64,000 nucleotides of DNA from contig JAYKJE010000021.1 in NCBI GenBank assembly GCA_035285805.1, positions 156,956 through 220,955 on the forward strand, read 5' to 3'. This document shows, piece by piece, positions 24,386-34,305 of this stretch (position 1 is its first letter; each line of letters starts with the position of its first letter). This DNA is from a bacterium (GTDB lineage Bacteria > Cyanobacteriota > Sericytochromatia > S15B-MN24 > UBA4093). The notes beneath the pieces are model-generated. The model searched no databases. It saw nothing but the letters and a program-made list of their open reading frames with translations, and was not told the origin of the DNA. The position numbers were made by a program, and so were the translations under genes.

Positions 24386-26053
24386 ATGATTCGGGTGCGT
24401 GATTGGGCGTTGCCGGCCGTGCTGGCGTCGGGAATCCTCGGCGGAGGATTGTGGGTCCACTCCGGGCTCGAGTTGCTGTCGCGCCAGGAGGCGCTGCTGA
24501 CCACCCACCTCGAAAAACTCAGTAAGGCCGCCAATCCGGGGTCGGCCGTTTCCGAGGCTTGGCTGTCCGAGATGCAGGACAGCCGGAAGGCGATCGCCAC
24601 CCACGTGGCCACCACGCGCCAGCAACTGCTGCTCGGCGTCTCGGCCCTGGCCCTGCTTTCCCTCTTTGTCGGCTTCCTCGTCTCCCGGCGGACCCGGCGT
24701 GGGGCCGAGCGGCTGCTCATGGAAGCCGACCGGCTGGTCTCGGGCTCTGGGGCCGATACCCAGGCGTTCTCCCGGGAACTCGGGGGGGTCGGCGACGGAC
24801 TCATCCGGCTGGTCGACCATTTCCACGAGTCTCTGACCGAGGTCGGCCAGGCCGCGCGCATCGTCGCCCAGAACCTCGAGCAGATCGGGGCCGGTACCGA
24901 GGAACTTGCCCAGACCTCCAAGATCCAGGCCTCCACCGCGGCGGACACCACCCGCGCCGTCGAGCAGATGGCTCGCAACGGTGAATTGCTTGCCCGGAAC
25001 GCCTCGGACCTCTCGGCCCAGGTCGAACTGACCTCGACGGCCCTGCAGCAGATCGTCGCGGGGACCTCGTCGGTCGTGTCCAATGCGGACGTCCTGTCAG
25101 GCGTCGTCAACCAGATGGGTGCGGCCATCCAGGAGATGTCCGCCTCGATCGATTTCGTGGCCCAGAACGTTCGCGAGGCGGCGAACGACGCGGTGCAGAC
25201 CTCCGAAGCCGCTCGCGAGGGCCGGGAGGCCGTTGACGCCACCGTGGCGGGCATCCAGGACGTGTTCCAGGTCATGTCTGGGATCCGCGTCGCCATCGAC
25301 CTGCTGGGCCAGCGGTCGAAGCAGATCGGGACCATCCTGGGGGTCATGGAGGACATCGCGGCCCAGACGAACATGCTGGCCCTGAATGCCAGCATCGAGG
25401 CGGCGCGCGCCGGTGAGGCCGGACGCGGTTTCAGCATCGTCGCCGTCGAGGTTCGAAAGATGGCGGACCGGGCAGCGGCATCGACTGCCGAGATCCGTGA
25501 CCTGGTCAAGGCCATCCAGACGGATACCCAGAGTGCGATGCGGATCAGCCACGAGGGCGAACTCGCCATCTCGGCGGGTGCCGACGTCGCGGGCCAGGCG
25601 GGCTACTATCTGGAGACGATCGTCAAGCGGATCGAAGATCTCGCCACCCGCATCTCCGTCATCGACCGGGCGACCCACGAGCATGCGATCGTGGCCCGGG
25701 ACACCCTGAGCGCCACGGAGCGTCTCGACCAGGGCACGCGTCGCATGACCGAATCTGCCCATCAGCAGGACGTGGCCAGCCAGCGGATCGGCAACTCGGC
25801 CGCGGCGATGCGAGATGTCGTGTTGCAGGTGGCATCCAGTTCCCTTGACCAGCAGAACCAGGCCCGCGAGATGGTGACCGTCATCCAGGGGATGAACTTC
25901 TCGGCTCAGGAATCGGCGATCGCCACCGATACGATCGCCCAGTCGGCCGTCATCTTGCAGAACCAGGCCCATCGCCTGCTCGAGGTGCTCCGCAAGTATG
26001 ACCTGCATGACGAACACACGGTCTCGAACTCGCGGTCGCTGGCGCTTCGCTGA
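24386..26053 (+). CDS. methyl-accepting chemotaxis protein (orphan)
   Basis: N-terminal TM and sensor region, HAMP-like segment, and a highly conserved MCP signalling domain ([72 protein letters not shown]). Confidence 0.9.
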   Translation: MIRVRDWALPAVLASGILGGGLWVHSGLELLSRQEALLTTHLEKLSKAANPGSAVSEAWLSEMQDSRKAIATHVATTRQQLLLGVSALALLSLFVGFLVSRRTRRGAERLLMEADRLVSGSGADTQAFSRELGGVGDGLIRLVDHFHESLTEVGQAARIVAQNLEQIGAGTEELAQTSKIQASTAADTTRAVEQMARNGELLARNASDLSAQVELTSTALQQIVAGTSSVVSNADVLSGVVNQMGAAIQEMSASIDFVAQNVREAANDAVQTSEAAREGREAVDATVAGIQDVFQVMSGIRVAIDLLGQRSKQIGTILGVMEDIAAQTNMLALNASIEAARAGEAGRGFSIVAVEVRKMADRAAASTAEIRDLVKAIQTDTQSAMRISHEGELAISAGADVAGQAGYYLETIVKRIEDLATRISVIDRATHEHAIVARDTLSATERLDQGTRRMTESAHQQDVASQRIGNSAAAMRDVVLQVASSSLDQQNQAREMVTVIQGMNFSAQESAIATDTIAQSAVILQNQAHRLLEVLRKYDLHDEHTVSNSRSLALR

Positions 26054-26073
26054 CGCTGGCCAGCACCAGGTTC

Positions 26074-26113
26074 GAGACGGGGGGGGCCACCACGTGGTGG
26101 CCCTCCCCGTCTC
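26074..26113 (+). terminator. nested palindromic hairpin GAGACGGGGGGGGCCACCACGTGGTGGCCCTCCCCGTCTC after the MCP gene
   Basis: About 18-bp perfect palindrome nested in an outer 9-bp stem, 20 nt after the MCP stop. No U-tract. Confidence 0.45.
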
Positions 26114-26497
26114 GCTTGCGTGACCGCGACGGAACCGCCGGTTCAGAACCCATCGGACATGCGCACGCCATCCTCTTCGCCCCAGTGGGCCCAGAGAGGG
26201 GACCATTCCCCGTCTTCCCAGGGGAGTTCATCGTCCCAGGTTTCACGGGAGCATCCCTCCGAGGGTTCCCAGGGGGACGTGACCGGGACGAGCATGGGGG
26301 TGAAGGAGCGAGAATCCAGATTCATGGGCACCTGCCAGCAGAATGACGGGGGATGAACATGAATCAATTATACATGATATTTTATTATTTCAAAACGATT
26401 TCATAAAAATCAGGCACGAAATGGGGGCTCAAGTGCGGGGTGAGCTTGACGATGTGATCGGTGTCACCGCTTCACTGACTTCGAAAGGAGCCCGACC

Positions 26498-26695
26498 ATG
26501 ACCTGCCTGCACGGCCACCCGTCGAAACTGGCCCCCCGCACCATCGAACTCGAACTGCCACATCCGCGCGGACTCGCTCGGTTCGAAGGGGTTCCTGCTC
26601 TCGTCTGTCCGGCGTGCGGCTTCGTGGCCATCGAGCGCGCCACGTCACGTGCCATCGATGGCTGGATGGAAAGGCTGGGGCGGGAGGCTGCCTGA
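26498..26695 (+). CDS. YgiT-type zinc-finger protein (MqsA-N-terminal-like, antitoxin-type), 65 aa
   Basis: FEGVPALVCPACGF matches the YgiT-type zinc-finger consensus (..EGVPALVCxxCGE..). N-terminal C-x-H-x-H pair. AAGGAG ribosome-binding site 8 nt upstream. Sits in an AT-rich islet. Confidence 0.6.
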   Translation: MTCLHGHPSKLAPRTIELELPHPRGLARFEGVPALVCPACGFVAIERATSRAIDGWMERLGREAA

Positions 26696-27009
26696 GGAGG
26701 CGTCAGCGAGCCGTCGCGAGGTCGGGTGCGACCCAGATCTCGTGGATCTGACGCTCGATCGACTCGCGGTCGGGGCCAGTGAGGCCTGGACCCGCAGAGT
26801 CCAGACGCTGACCGGACCAGCTGTCCGCGGTCTCGCGCTGCACCATCAGAACAATCACTTCGCGGTCGCGCACGTTCGCCTCCTGCATGGGATCCCGTTA
26901 CGGGATCAATACGTTGTCTATACCACGGATGTCTCTTTTTCGAACGGGATGGCTGGATTCCGGAACCCTGACGGCCTGAAACGTCACGTTCATCCCCTAT
27001 GATGGGGGC

Positions 27010-28752
27010 ATGCATGTCATGGACAGCCTGATGGTGGCCGCCACCATCCACGAGCTACGCCACATGGTCGTCGGGTCTCGCATCGACCGGATCCATCTCC
27101 CCACGGCCTGGGAGATGGTGTGGATCCTCCGCGGCCCGGGAGGGCCGCGTCGCCTCCTGTTCTCGGCCCGGGGCGTGCATGCGCGCCTCCATCTCACGGA
27201 GCGTCGCTTCGAGAATCCGGCTCAGCCCCCGGCTTTCTGCATGCTGCTGCGCAAGCATCTCGAGGGGGCTCGCATCCTCCGGATCGAGCAACCCGGTCTC
27301 GAGCGGGTCGTCCAGATCGTCTGTACCGGTCGGGACGAACTCGGGGACCCCACGGAACGCGCGCTGGTGGCCGAGATCACCGGCAAGCATGCCAACTGGC
27401 TGCTGCTCGATCGGCCCTGGGGAAACATCCTGGGCCTCCTCCGTCCCGTCAGCGAACGCGAGAGCCGGGAGCGCCAGTTGCTTCCCGGTCTCCCCTACGA
27501 TCCTCCCCCAGTTCCGGCTGATCGTCTCGATCCGGGAGCGTTCGATCCCTTTTCCCTGCCCGTGGGGCCCGGAGCGACAGAACGCCCTGTCCGGGAGGTC
27601 CTTCTGGCACGGGTGCACTCTCTCTCGCGGGCCGCGCTCGGGGAACTGCTCGCAGCGGCCGGGATCGACCCGACGCTCCCGGCATGCCAGCTCGAAGTGA
27701 CGGCGCGTTCGCGCCTGGCCGAGGTCTGGGAGACTTTCCGGAAGGAACTGGCAGAGGGGGACTTCCGGCTCACGCGAACCGCCGAGGGTTTCGAGGTGCT
27801 GCGGCTGGGCCGTCCGGGGGATTCACTGCCGCCGGGGGAGACCCTGGATGCCTGGTTCGGTGCTCGCTGGGACCGGGAGGCCATCGAGCGCCAGCGCCAG
27901 CACCTGCAGCGCGAGGTTCGGGAGCGGTTCGACCGGCTCGATTCCCGACGTCATGCTCTTGAAGGGGCGCTCGAGCGCGTCGATACGGCTACCGACTGGA
28001 AACTCTGGGGAGATCTGCTCCTCACCTTCGCCCACGAAGTGCCACGCGGTGTCTCGAGTCATGCGCTTCCGGACATCCAGAGCGACGACTCCCGGCTCGT
28101 CACCATCCCTCTCGACCCCACGCTGGATGCCACCCAGAACGCCCAGCGCCACTACCGGCGCTATCAGAAGGCGCGCTCGGGCGAGCAGGTCACGCGCGAC
28201 CTGCTCGCAGCCGCCTCGGTAGAGCGGGCTTACTGGGAGGGGGTCGCCATCGCGGTCGAGCGTGCCACCGACCTCGAAACCCTCGCGGAAATCTCTCATG
28301 AGGTCCGGCCACCCGTGTCCCTGCCGGGGCGCCAGCGAACCCGTTCACCCGAGCCTCGGCCGCTTCAACTCGTGTCCCGGGATGGTTTCACCGTCTGGCT
28401 CGGCCGCAACAATCGCCAGAACGACTGGTTGACCTTCAAGCTTGCCCGTCCCGAGGACTGGTGGTTCCATGCGCGCAACATTCCGGGCTCGCACGTCCTC
28501 GTGCGCGCTGAAGGCCAGGGCGAGCTTCCGGAGCGCACCCTGCTGGATGCAGCCATGCTCGCTGCTGGATTCAGCCAGGCTCGCCTGTCGAGCGGCGTCC
28601 CCGTCGTCTACACGCGTCGGAAGCACGTCTGGAAACCCTCGGGGGCGCTACCGGGCTTCGTTCATTACGAGCGGGAGCGTACGGTCCACGTGACGCCCGA
28701 CGCCGATCCTGTGGCCCTGTTTCAGGTCGGGGCCAGCGCATCCAGGGAGTAG
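27010..28752 (+). CDS. rqcH: Rqc2/RqcH homologue (NFACT family, fibronectin-binding protein A-like) ribosome quality-control protein
   Basis: NFACT-N region (..LRKHLEGARI..) and C-terminal NFACT-R/DUF814 (GFTVWLGRNNRQNDWLTFKLARPEDWWFHARNIPGSHVLV). Confidence 0.85.
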   Translation: MHVMDSLMVAATIHELRHMVVGSRIDRIHLPTAWEMVWILRGPGGPRRLLFSARGVHARLHLTERRFENPAQPPAFCMLLRKHLEGARILRIEQPGLERVVQIVCTGRDELGDPTERALVAEITGKHANWLLLDRPWGNILGLLRPVSERESRERQLLPGLPYDPPPVPADRLDPGAFDPFSLPVGPGATERPVREVLLARVHSLSRAALGELLAAAGIDPTLPACQLEVTARSRLAEVWETFRKELAEGDFRLTRTAEGFEVLRLGRPGDSLPPGETLDAWFGARWDREAIERQRQHLQREVRERFDRLDSRRHALEGALERVDTATDWKLWGDLLLTFAHEVPRGVSSHALPDIQSDDSRLVTIPLDPTLDATQNAQRHYRRYQKARSGEQVTRDLLAAASVERAYWEGVAIAVERATDLETLAEISHEVRPPVSLPGRQRTRSPEPRPLQLVSRDGFTVWLGRNNRQNDWLTFKLARPEDWWFHARNIPGSHVLVRAEGQGELPERTLLDAAMLAAGFSQARLSSGVPVVYTRRKHVWKPSGALPGFVHYERERTVHVTPDADPVALFQVGASASRE

Positions 28753-29744
28753 CGCGACCGCGCGGCCAGGTCCGGGGTGGCCACGCGGCCCACGCGGAGC
28801 AGCTCGGTCCCCAGTCCCGCGATCATGGCGGCATTGTCGGTGCATAGCTCCATCGGAGGGGCGACGAACGTCCATCCCCGCTTCTCGGCCACCGTGGCCA
28901 GCCGCGCCCGGAGTTCCCGGTTGGCGGCCACACCTCCCGCGACGGCCAGGACCTCGAGGCCTTCCTGTTCCGCCAGTTTCTCCATCCGGTGCGCGAGGAC
29001 GTCCACGATGGCGCGCTGGAAACTGGCCGCCACGTCTGCCACCGGGATGGGCATCCCTGCCTCGACGTGACGCTCGGCCAGGCGCCGGACGGCGGTCTTG
29101 AGGCCCGAAAACGACATGTCGAGCCCCTCGGACATGCTGGCCCGCGGAAAGGCGAACGCATTCGGATTGCCCTCGGCGGCCAGTCGGTCGATGGCGGGTC
29201 CACCCGGGTAGCCGAGGCCGAGCAGACGTGCCGTCTTGTCATAGGCCTCGCCCACGGCATCGTCGCGGGTCCGGGCCAGACTCCGGAAGTGCTCGGGGCC
29301 GTCCACCCGAACGACCTCGGTGTGCCCGCCCGAAACCAGGAGGCACAGGAACGGCAGGGGCAGATCATGATGGGCCATCCGGTTGGCCCAGATGTGGGCC
29401 GCCAGGTGATGCACCCCCACCAGAGGCACGTCGAGGCCCCAGGCCAGCCCCTTGGCGGTCATCAGACCGACGAGGAGTGCACCTTGCAGGCCTGGGGCGA
29501 AGGTCGTGGCGATTGCATCCAGGTCTTGCAGGCGACAGTCTGCGCGGTCGAGGGCTTCCACCAGCAGCGGACCGATGGCCTCGATGTGGCCGCGAGAGGC
29601 GATCTCGGGCACGACGCCGCCGAACCGTTCATGCAGACCGATCTGGGAGGAGACGACATTCGAGAGGATCTTCCGCCCGTCCTCGACGATCGCGAGCGAG
29701 GTCTCGTCGCACGAGGATTCGATCCCGAGCACGCGTACCGGCAT
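28722..29744 (-). CDS. tsaD: tRNA N6-adenosine threonylcarbamoyltransferase
   Basis: Kae1/TsaD signatures (LGIESSCDETS..., HIEAIG, ..GGVAAN..). Confidence 0.9.
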   Translation of the reverse strand: MPVRVLGIESSCDETSLAIVEDGRKILSNVVSSQIGLHERFGGVVPEIASRGHIEAIGPLLVEALDRADCRLQDLDAIATTFAPGLQGALLVGLMTAKGLAWGLDVPLVGVHHLAAHIWANRMAHHDLPLPFLCLLVSGGHTEVVRVDGPEHFRSLARTRDDAVGEAYDKTARLLGLGYPGGPAIDRLAAEGNPNAFAFPRASMSEGLDMSFSGLKTAVRRLAERHVEAGMPIPVADVAASFQRAIVDVLAHRMEKLAEQEGLEVLAVAGGVAANRELRARLATVAEKRGWTFVAPPMELCTDNAAMIAGLGTELLRVGRVATPDLAARSRYSLDALAPT

Positions 29745-30622
29745 CAGATCTCCCCCGTGACGAGGGTGACCTCGGGTTCGTCCACGTCCGTCGACGCACC
29801 TGGCTTACCCGAGAGGGACCGGTAATAGGCGATCGCCCCGTGACCAAGCGCGAGCGTGCCCGCGTACCCCACCAGCGAACCGAGCAACCACCGGGGCCCG
29901 GGTATGCGCCGGGAAAGCCAGCGAACCAGGCCTCGCAGGCCGTATCCGCCCCCCACCACGAGGGCGCCTTCCGGCGTGCGCGACCAGTCCACGGGCTGGC
30001 CGAAGAGCGCCGCGATCCTCAGCAGCATTTTCACCTGGTTGGCCGTCATCAGAGGCATGTCCGCTCCGAGGACCGGTAGCAGCCCCAGCATCCCATTCTG
30101 CTTGGCGGTATCTCGCACTTCCCATCTGGCCAGGTGGACCTGCAGCAGAGGAAATTGCCGGGATAGCGGCAGCACCAGGTCCCCGTGATGCGTGACGAGC
30201 AGGTCGGCCAGACAGCGGGGAAGATCCTGCCAGGACAGCGGGGTCAGGACCCGTTCGGCGGGAAGTTCAAGGGTCTGGCGGATCGCCTGGGCCCGGGCGT
30301 GCACGGGCCCTCGGGCAGCACCCGGCACGATCGCCACCGTATGGGTGGGCGGGCACTCCCGGGCTGCCCGGAGACGTTCGGCGCCTGCCAGGACCAGGTA
30401 CAGTTCGGCCACGGGAACGGCCTCGGCCAGGGGATCGGCCACCAGGACCCGGTGAGGATGCGGGCTGTCCAGCTGAAGGTGCTCCAGCAGGCTCTCCCGC
30501 TCCGCTCCCGGTTCCGCGATGACGACGACATGCACCGGGTGGTCCCGGGCCGCCTCCAGTTCACGCCAGATCCGGTAGAGGTCCTGCAGGGGGGTGGTCC
30601 AGTCCGCGCTCAAGGGCATCAC
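29744..30622 (-). CDS. hypothetical protein with degenerate GTPase-like N-terminal region and DUF697-like C-terminal segment
   Basis: Overlaps the tsaD start by 1 nt (coupled). C-terminal amphipathic/hydrophobic region (ANQVKMLLRIAALFGQPVDW...GGGYGLRGLVRWL) resembles DUF697. Low-certainty call. Confidence 0.45.
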   Translation of the reverse strand: MMPLSADWTTPLQDLYRIWRELEAARDHPVHVVVIAEPGAERESLLEHLQLDSPHPHRVLVADPLAEAVPVAELYLVLAGAERLRAARECPPTHTVAIVPGAARGPVHARAQAIRQTLELPAERVLTPLSWQDLPRCLADLLVTHHGDLVLPLSRQFPLLQVHLARWEVRDTAKQNGMLGLLPVLGADMPLMTANQVKMLLRIAALFGQPVDWSRTPEGALVVGGGYGLRGLVRWLSRRIPGPRWLLGSLVGYAGTLALGHGAIAYYRSLSGKPGASTDVDEPEVTLVTGEI

Positions 30623-30724
30623 CTCCGTGGGGTGGTGGGCATCATATCACGCCCGACCCGGTTGCCGGCGATCGCCCGGAGGACCTACCATGCGAGTGTC
30701 GCCCGGCCTTCCGGAGGTGCTCTC

Positions 30725-32212
30725 TTGTTCCGCATCCCTCGTATCCTGTCCACGGGCTTGCTCGTCTCGCTCCTGTTCGCCGCACAGGCTCCCGCGCTGG
30801 GCGTCCCGCAGGATCTGACGATCCTGCATACCAATGACACGCACGATCACCTGTTACCTTTCGATACACGGCATGGCCGGGATCTCGGCGGCATCGCGCG
30901 CCGGGCGACCCTGATCCGTCGCATCCGTGCCGAGGCGACCCGCTCGCTGGTGCTCGATGCGGGGGATACGTTCCAGGGAACGCCGATCTTCACCTTTTTC
31001 GAGGGGGAGGCCGACACGCTCACGATGGACATGGCCGGGTACGATGCGAGCACCGTCGGCAACCACGACCTCGACAACGGACTTCCCAATCTCCAGAAGC
31101 AGCTGGCCGGGCACCACTTCCGCATGATCTGCTCCAACCTGGTTGACCAGGTGTCAGGCGAGCCCATCTTCGAACCGTCCCATGTCTTCGAGCGCGATGG
31201 CCTCAAGATCGGTGTGTTCGGGATCATGGGCGAGGATGCCCTGGAGGCCGTGGCCCGCAAGAACCGCCCCACCATCCGGTACCTCGATCCGGTCGAGGTG
31301 GCGCGTGAGCAGGTGCGTGACCTCCGGTCGCGGGTCGATCTCGTCGTCATGCTCTCGCACTCGGGCTTCGAGCAAGATCTGGACCTGGCCTCCCGGGTCG
31401 AGGGCATCCACCTGATCCTGGGGGGGCACTCCCACACCCGGGTCGATGAGCCGCGTCCCGTCCGGTGTGGTGCCTGGACGACCTACGTCGCGCAGGATTT
31501 CCAGTGGGGTGAACTGCTGGGACGGATCGATCTCACGGTCGACGAGGGCCGGATCACCGCGTTACGAGGACGTCTGCTGCCAGTCGATGCCTCGATCCCG
31601 GCCGACCGGTCCTTGCAGGACGTGGTCAACCTGTACGACAGCCAGATCCGCACGCGGATGGCCGAGATCGTGGCTCAGGCTCCCGCCGGGCTGGCCTCCG
31701 ACGACAAGTACGCCCGGGATTGCGAGCTCGGCAACTGGACGGCGGATGTCATCCGCGGGAAGACCGGGGCCGAGATCGGCATCATGAATGCGGGCGGCCT
31801 GCGGGCTCCTCTCCTGCCCGGTCCGGTGTCGGTCGGCACGCTGTACAGCATCTTCCCGTTCGACAATGCCCTCGTGACGGTCTCTCTGCCGGGCAAGACC
31901 TTGCAGGCGCTGTGCGATGCGAATGCTTCCGATCCGGCGCGACTGGGAGCCCTCCAGTTCTCGAACCTGACGTTCCGGGCGTCGGGTGGTCGGGCCGTGG
32001 ACGTGAGGGTCGGTGACAGACCGCTGGATGCCGGACGGGACTACCGGGTGGGCACCATCGATTACCTGGCTGACGGGAACGACGGGTATCGTCTGTTCAA
32101 GGACGGGAAGGATGCCCGGGCGATGGGGGTGCTTCTCCGGGACGCCGTGCTGGAGGCCGCGCGCCACCAGAAGGTGCTGCGTTCGCCCGGAACGGGGCGG
32201 ATCCGCGGCTGA
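30725..32212 (+). CDS. 5'-nucleotidase / UDP-sugar hydrolase family metallophosphoesterase, secreted
   Basis: TTG start preceded by GGAGGTG. Signal peptide FRIPRILSTGLLVSLLFAAQAPALG. Metallophosphatase motifs (ILHTNDTHDHL, GDTFQG, GNHDLDNG) and a C-terminal 5'-nucleotidase domain. The upstream part of the ORF track entry overlaps the convergent 29744-30622 gene. Confidence 0.8.
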   Translation: MFRIPRILSTGLLVSLLFAAQAPALGVPQDLTILHTNDTHDHLLPFDTRHGRDLGGIARRATLIRRIRAEATRSLVLDAGDTFQGTPIFTFFEGEADTLTMDMAGYDASTVGNHDLDNGLPNLQKQLAGHHFRMICSNLVDQVSGEPIFEPSHVFERDGLKIGVFGIMGEDALEAVARKNRPTIRYLDPVEVAREQVRDLRSRVDLVVMLSHSGFEQDLDLASRVEGIHLILGGHSHTRVDEPRPVRCGAWTTYVAQDFQWGELLGRIDLTVDEGRITALRGRLLPVDASIPADRSLQDVVNLYDSQIRTRMAEIVAQAPAGLASDDKYARDCELGNWTADVIRGKTGAEIGIMNAGGLRAPLLPGPVSVGTLYSIFPFDNALVTVSLPGKTLQALCDANASDPARLGALQFSNLTFRASGGRAVDVRVGDRPLDAGRDYRVGTIDYLADGNDGYRLFKDGKDARAMGVLLRDAVLEAARHQKVLRSPGTGRIRG

Positions 32213-32220
32213 AGCGACTG

Positions 32221-32748
32221 CTACGGAATGGGGGGCATGAGGCGGACCAGTACGGTCGCCTCCCCTCGGCCGTTGCGCCCTATCCCCCAGACACGACCGC
32301 GTGCGGGCCCCTGGCGTTCGATCATCACGAGGCCTGGACGATTGCCCATCTGGCTTCGAAGCTCTTCCGGGGCAGGCCCGGCGTCCGTCTGGGCCCGATC
32401 CAGGTTCACGACGGGGATGGCCCCGCCTCCCCCCAACTCGGCCGGGTCATCCGGGAGGGCCCCCCCGTGGTCGTGCTGATAGCGCACCAGCCTTTCCTGG
32501 ATCTTCAGCGTGCTCGCGAAGACCTCCGCCTGGCCGGTCACCATGGGCTCGGACGCCACGAGTGGCCTCCGGCTCACCTCTGGATCGGGCCGACGGAGCA
32601 AGATGATGCCGCCCGCCCCGAGGCCCAGCAAGGCTCCCAGCACGACCAGGCGCCGGACGAGATAGGTGTTCCTGAAGGGCTTTTGCTTCCCGTTTCTACC
32701 CGTCCGGGATGCACCGCGACTGCGCGTGTCCTTATGCCCGGTCGTCAT
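32221..32748 (-). CDS. hypothetical membrane-anchored protein (175 aa)
   Basis: Basic N-terminus then one TM helix (LVVLGALLGLGAGGIILL). Overlaps the tcdA stop by 4 nt. Confidence 0.45.
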   Translation of the reverse strand: MTTGHKDTRSRGASRTGRNGKQKPFRNTYLVRRLVVLGALLGLGAGGIILLRRPDPEVSRRPLVASEPMVTGQAEVFASTLKIQERLVRYQHDHGGALPDDPAELGGGGAIPVVNLDRAQTDAGPAPEELRSQMGNRPGLVMIERQGPARGRVWGIGRNGRGEATVLVRLMPPIP

Positions 32749-33509
32749 CGTGCTCCTCCCGGCATGTCGCTACCCAGCAGGTATCGGATCCCCTCGGCCG
32801 CGAGCATCAGCCCGAAGATCGGGGGCATGTAGCTGATCGTCCCGTTCACGGTCTTCTGGGGCCCTGCTCCGGGAACGAACTCCCGTTCCGGATGAGGGAG
32901 CGGTCGCTCGGGTGAGAACACGGCGCGCACTCCGGTCTGGACTCCCCACCGCCTGGCCAGCTTCCGGACGGCCGTCGCCATCGGACAGCCGTGGGTCTCG
33001 TACAGATCGCCCACCCGGACCTGGGAGGGATCCAGCCGGGCAGCGGCCCCCATGCTTCCTGCCACGAAGATCCCCCGTTCCTGGGCGGCCCGGTAAAGGG
33101 CGACCTTCGAGGTGATGGCATCGATGCAGTCCAGGACCACGTCGACGCCTTCCGGCAGGAAATCGGGAATCTCGGGGGGGCTCAACCGTCTCGCCTCGCA
33201 GACGAGGGTGATACCCGGTTGGATGTCTCGCGCCCGCTCGGCCATCACCTCGACCTTGAGGCAATCGAGGGTCGAGTGCAGGGCCACGACCTGTCGGTTG
33301 CAGTTGCTGGCCACGACCCGATCGAAATCGACGAGCGTCAGCTTGCCGACCCCCGCTCGCGCCAGGGCCTCCACGCAGTTCCCGCCGACGCCTCCGACGC
33401 CGGCGACCAGCACGTGGGCCTCCGATAACCTTTTTATCCCGACATCTCCGAGCAGCAGGTGGGTGCGCTCGTTGGCGAGGGTCCGGTGCCGGTGAGCCAT
33501 AGGGGTCAT
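32745..33509 (-). CDS. tcdA: tRNA threonylcarbamoyladenosine dehydratase (ThiF/MoeB-family, TcdA/CsdL-like)
   Basis: Rossmann motif VLVAGVGGVGGNCVEALARAGVG and E1-like fold. Start taken at the internal Met (MTPMAH), giving a 4-nt overlap with tatD. Confidence 0.75.
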   Translation of the reverse strand: MTPMAHRHRTLANERTHLLLGDVGIKRLSEAHVLVAGVGGVGGNCVEALARAGVGKLTLVDFDRVVASNCNRQVVALHSTLDCLKVEVMAERARDIQPGITLVCEARRLSPPEIPDFLPEGVDVVLDCIDAITSKVALYRAAQERGIFVAGSMGAAARLDPSQVRVGDLYETHGCPMATAVRKLARRWGVQTGVRAVFSPERPLPHPEREFVPGAGPQKTVNGTISYMPPIFGLMLAAEGIRYLLGSDMPGGAR

Positions 33510-34264
33510 GGGCGCGAGGTCTCCAGGAAGGATGGCGGGAGGCGATACAGGCGGCAAGCATTGTCCCATGTGCGGGCAGCGACCGTCTCGAGATCGCGGT
33601 CACAGAGGCGGGCCACCGCGCTGGCGACGGGTTCCAGGTCGAGGCCCATCAGGGGGGCCGTCGCGTCGCGTACCGGGGCATCGCTCTCCAGCACGAGGTG
33701 GTCGAGTCCCACGGCCCGGACCGTATCCGCCAGCCGTGGCGATCTGAGAATCTGGCGCCCCACGCCCAGCTTGTAACCCCGTCGCACGTACTCGCGAGCC
33801 AGGTCGGGTGCCCCCGTGAAGGCGTGCACCACTCCGGCGGGAGGACGGATGCGGTCCAGGATCTCGAGCACCTGGCCGTGCGCGTGGACGACGTGCAGGA
33901 TGACGGGGAGATCGTGATCCCTGGCGAGCTCGCACTGTCGCGCCAGGACGTCCACATCTCCCGGATGTCGGTGCCCCCGATCGAGGCCGCACTCGCCCAC
34001 CGCCACCCGTTGATGACGTTCGAGAGAGCGGGCCATCGTGTCCAGGTCGGTCGGCGATGCCGGGTACCACGGGTGAAGCCCGATCGCGCGTCCGATCCAG
34101 GTTCCACCGGGAAGGGGGCCGGGCAGACGGGACGGTTCTCCCCGGACGCCGGGCACGACCCACGCGCGCGGCCCCATGTTCGCCAGGGCAGCCATCCGCG
34201 CTTCCCAGCCGGGTTCGAGGCCAGGATCGTCCAGGTGGGCATGGGTGTCGAACCACCGGTGCAT
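33506..34264 (-). CDS. tatD: TatD family metal-dependent hydrolase
   Basis: FDTHAHLD N-terminal motif at the internal Met. (EH..)GLDxxH-type motifs. The ORF track's N-terminal extension overlaps the divergent desulfurase gene start. Confidence 0.8.
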   Translation of the reverse strand: MHRWFDTHAHLDDPGLEPGWEARMAALANMGPRAWVVPGVRGEPSRLPGPLPGGTWIGRAIGLHPWYPASPTDLDTMARSLERHQRVAVGECGLDRGHRHPGDVDVLARQCELARDHDLPVILHVVHAHGQVLEILDRIRPPAGVVHAFTGAPDLAREYVRRGYKLGVGRQILRSPRLADTVRAVGLDHLVLESDAPVRDATAPLMGLDLEPVASAVARLCDRDLETVAARTWDNACRLYRLPPSFLETSRP

Positions 34265-34305
34265 GGTCGTATCGTACCCGAGAGCGGCCGTGTTAGGCTG
34301 GGAGC

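Noticed and set aside
26143-26367. 74-aa W/E-rich ORF (TTG start) and overlapping plus-strand ORFs 26116-26356 just before the AT-rich islet
   Set aside because: No ribosome-binding site, and the alternative frames are equally open. At most one could be real, and none has recognisable motifs.
26703-26888. 61-aa convergent ORF next to the YgiT-type zinc-finger gene as possible toxin partner
   Set aside because: No Shine-Dalgarno sequence. Convergent rather than operonic with the zinc-finger gene. No similarity I can recognise to MqsR, HigB, RelE or DUF4258 toxins.
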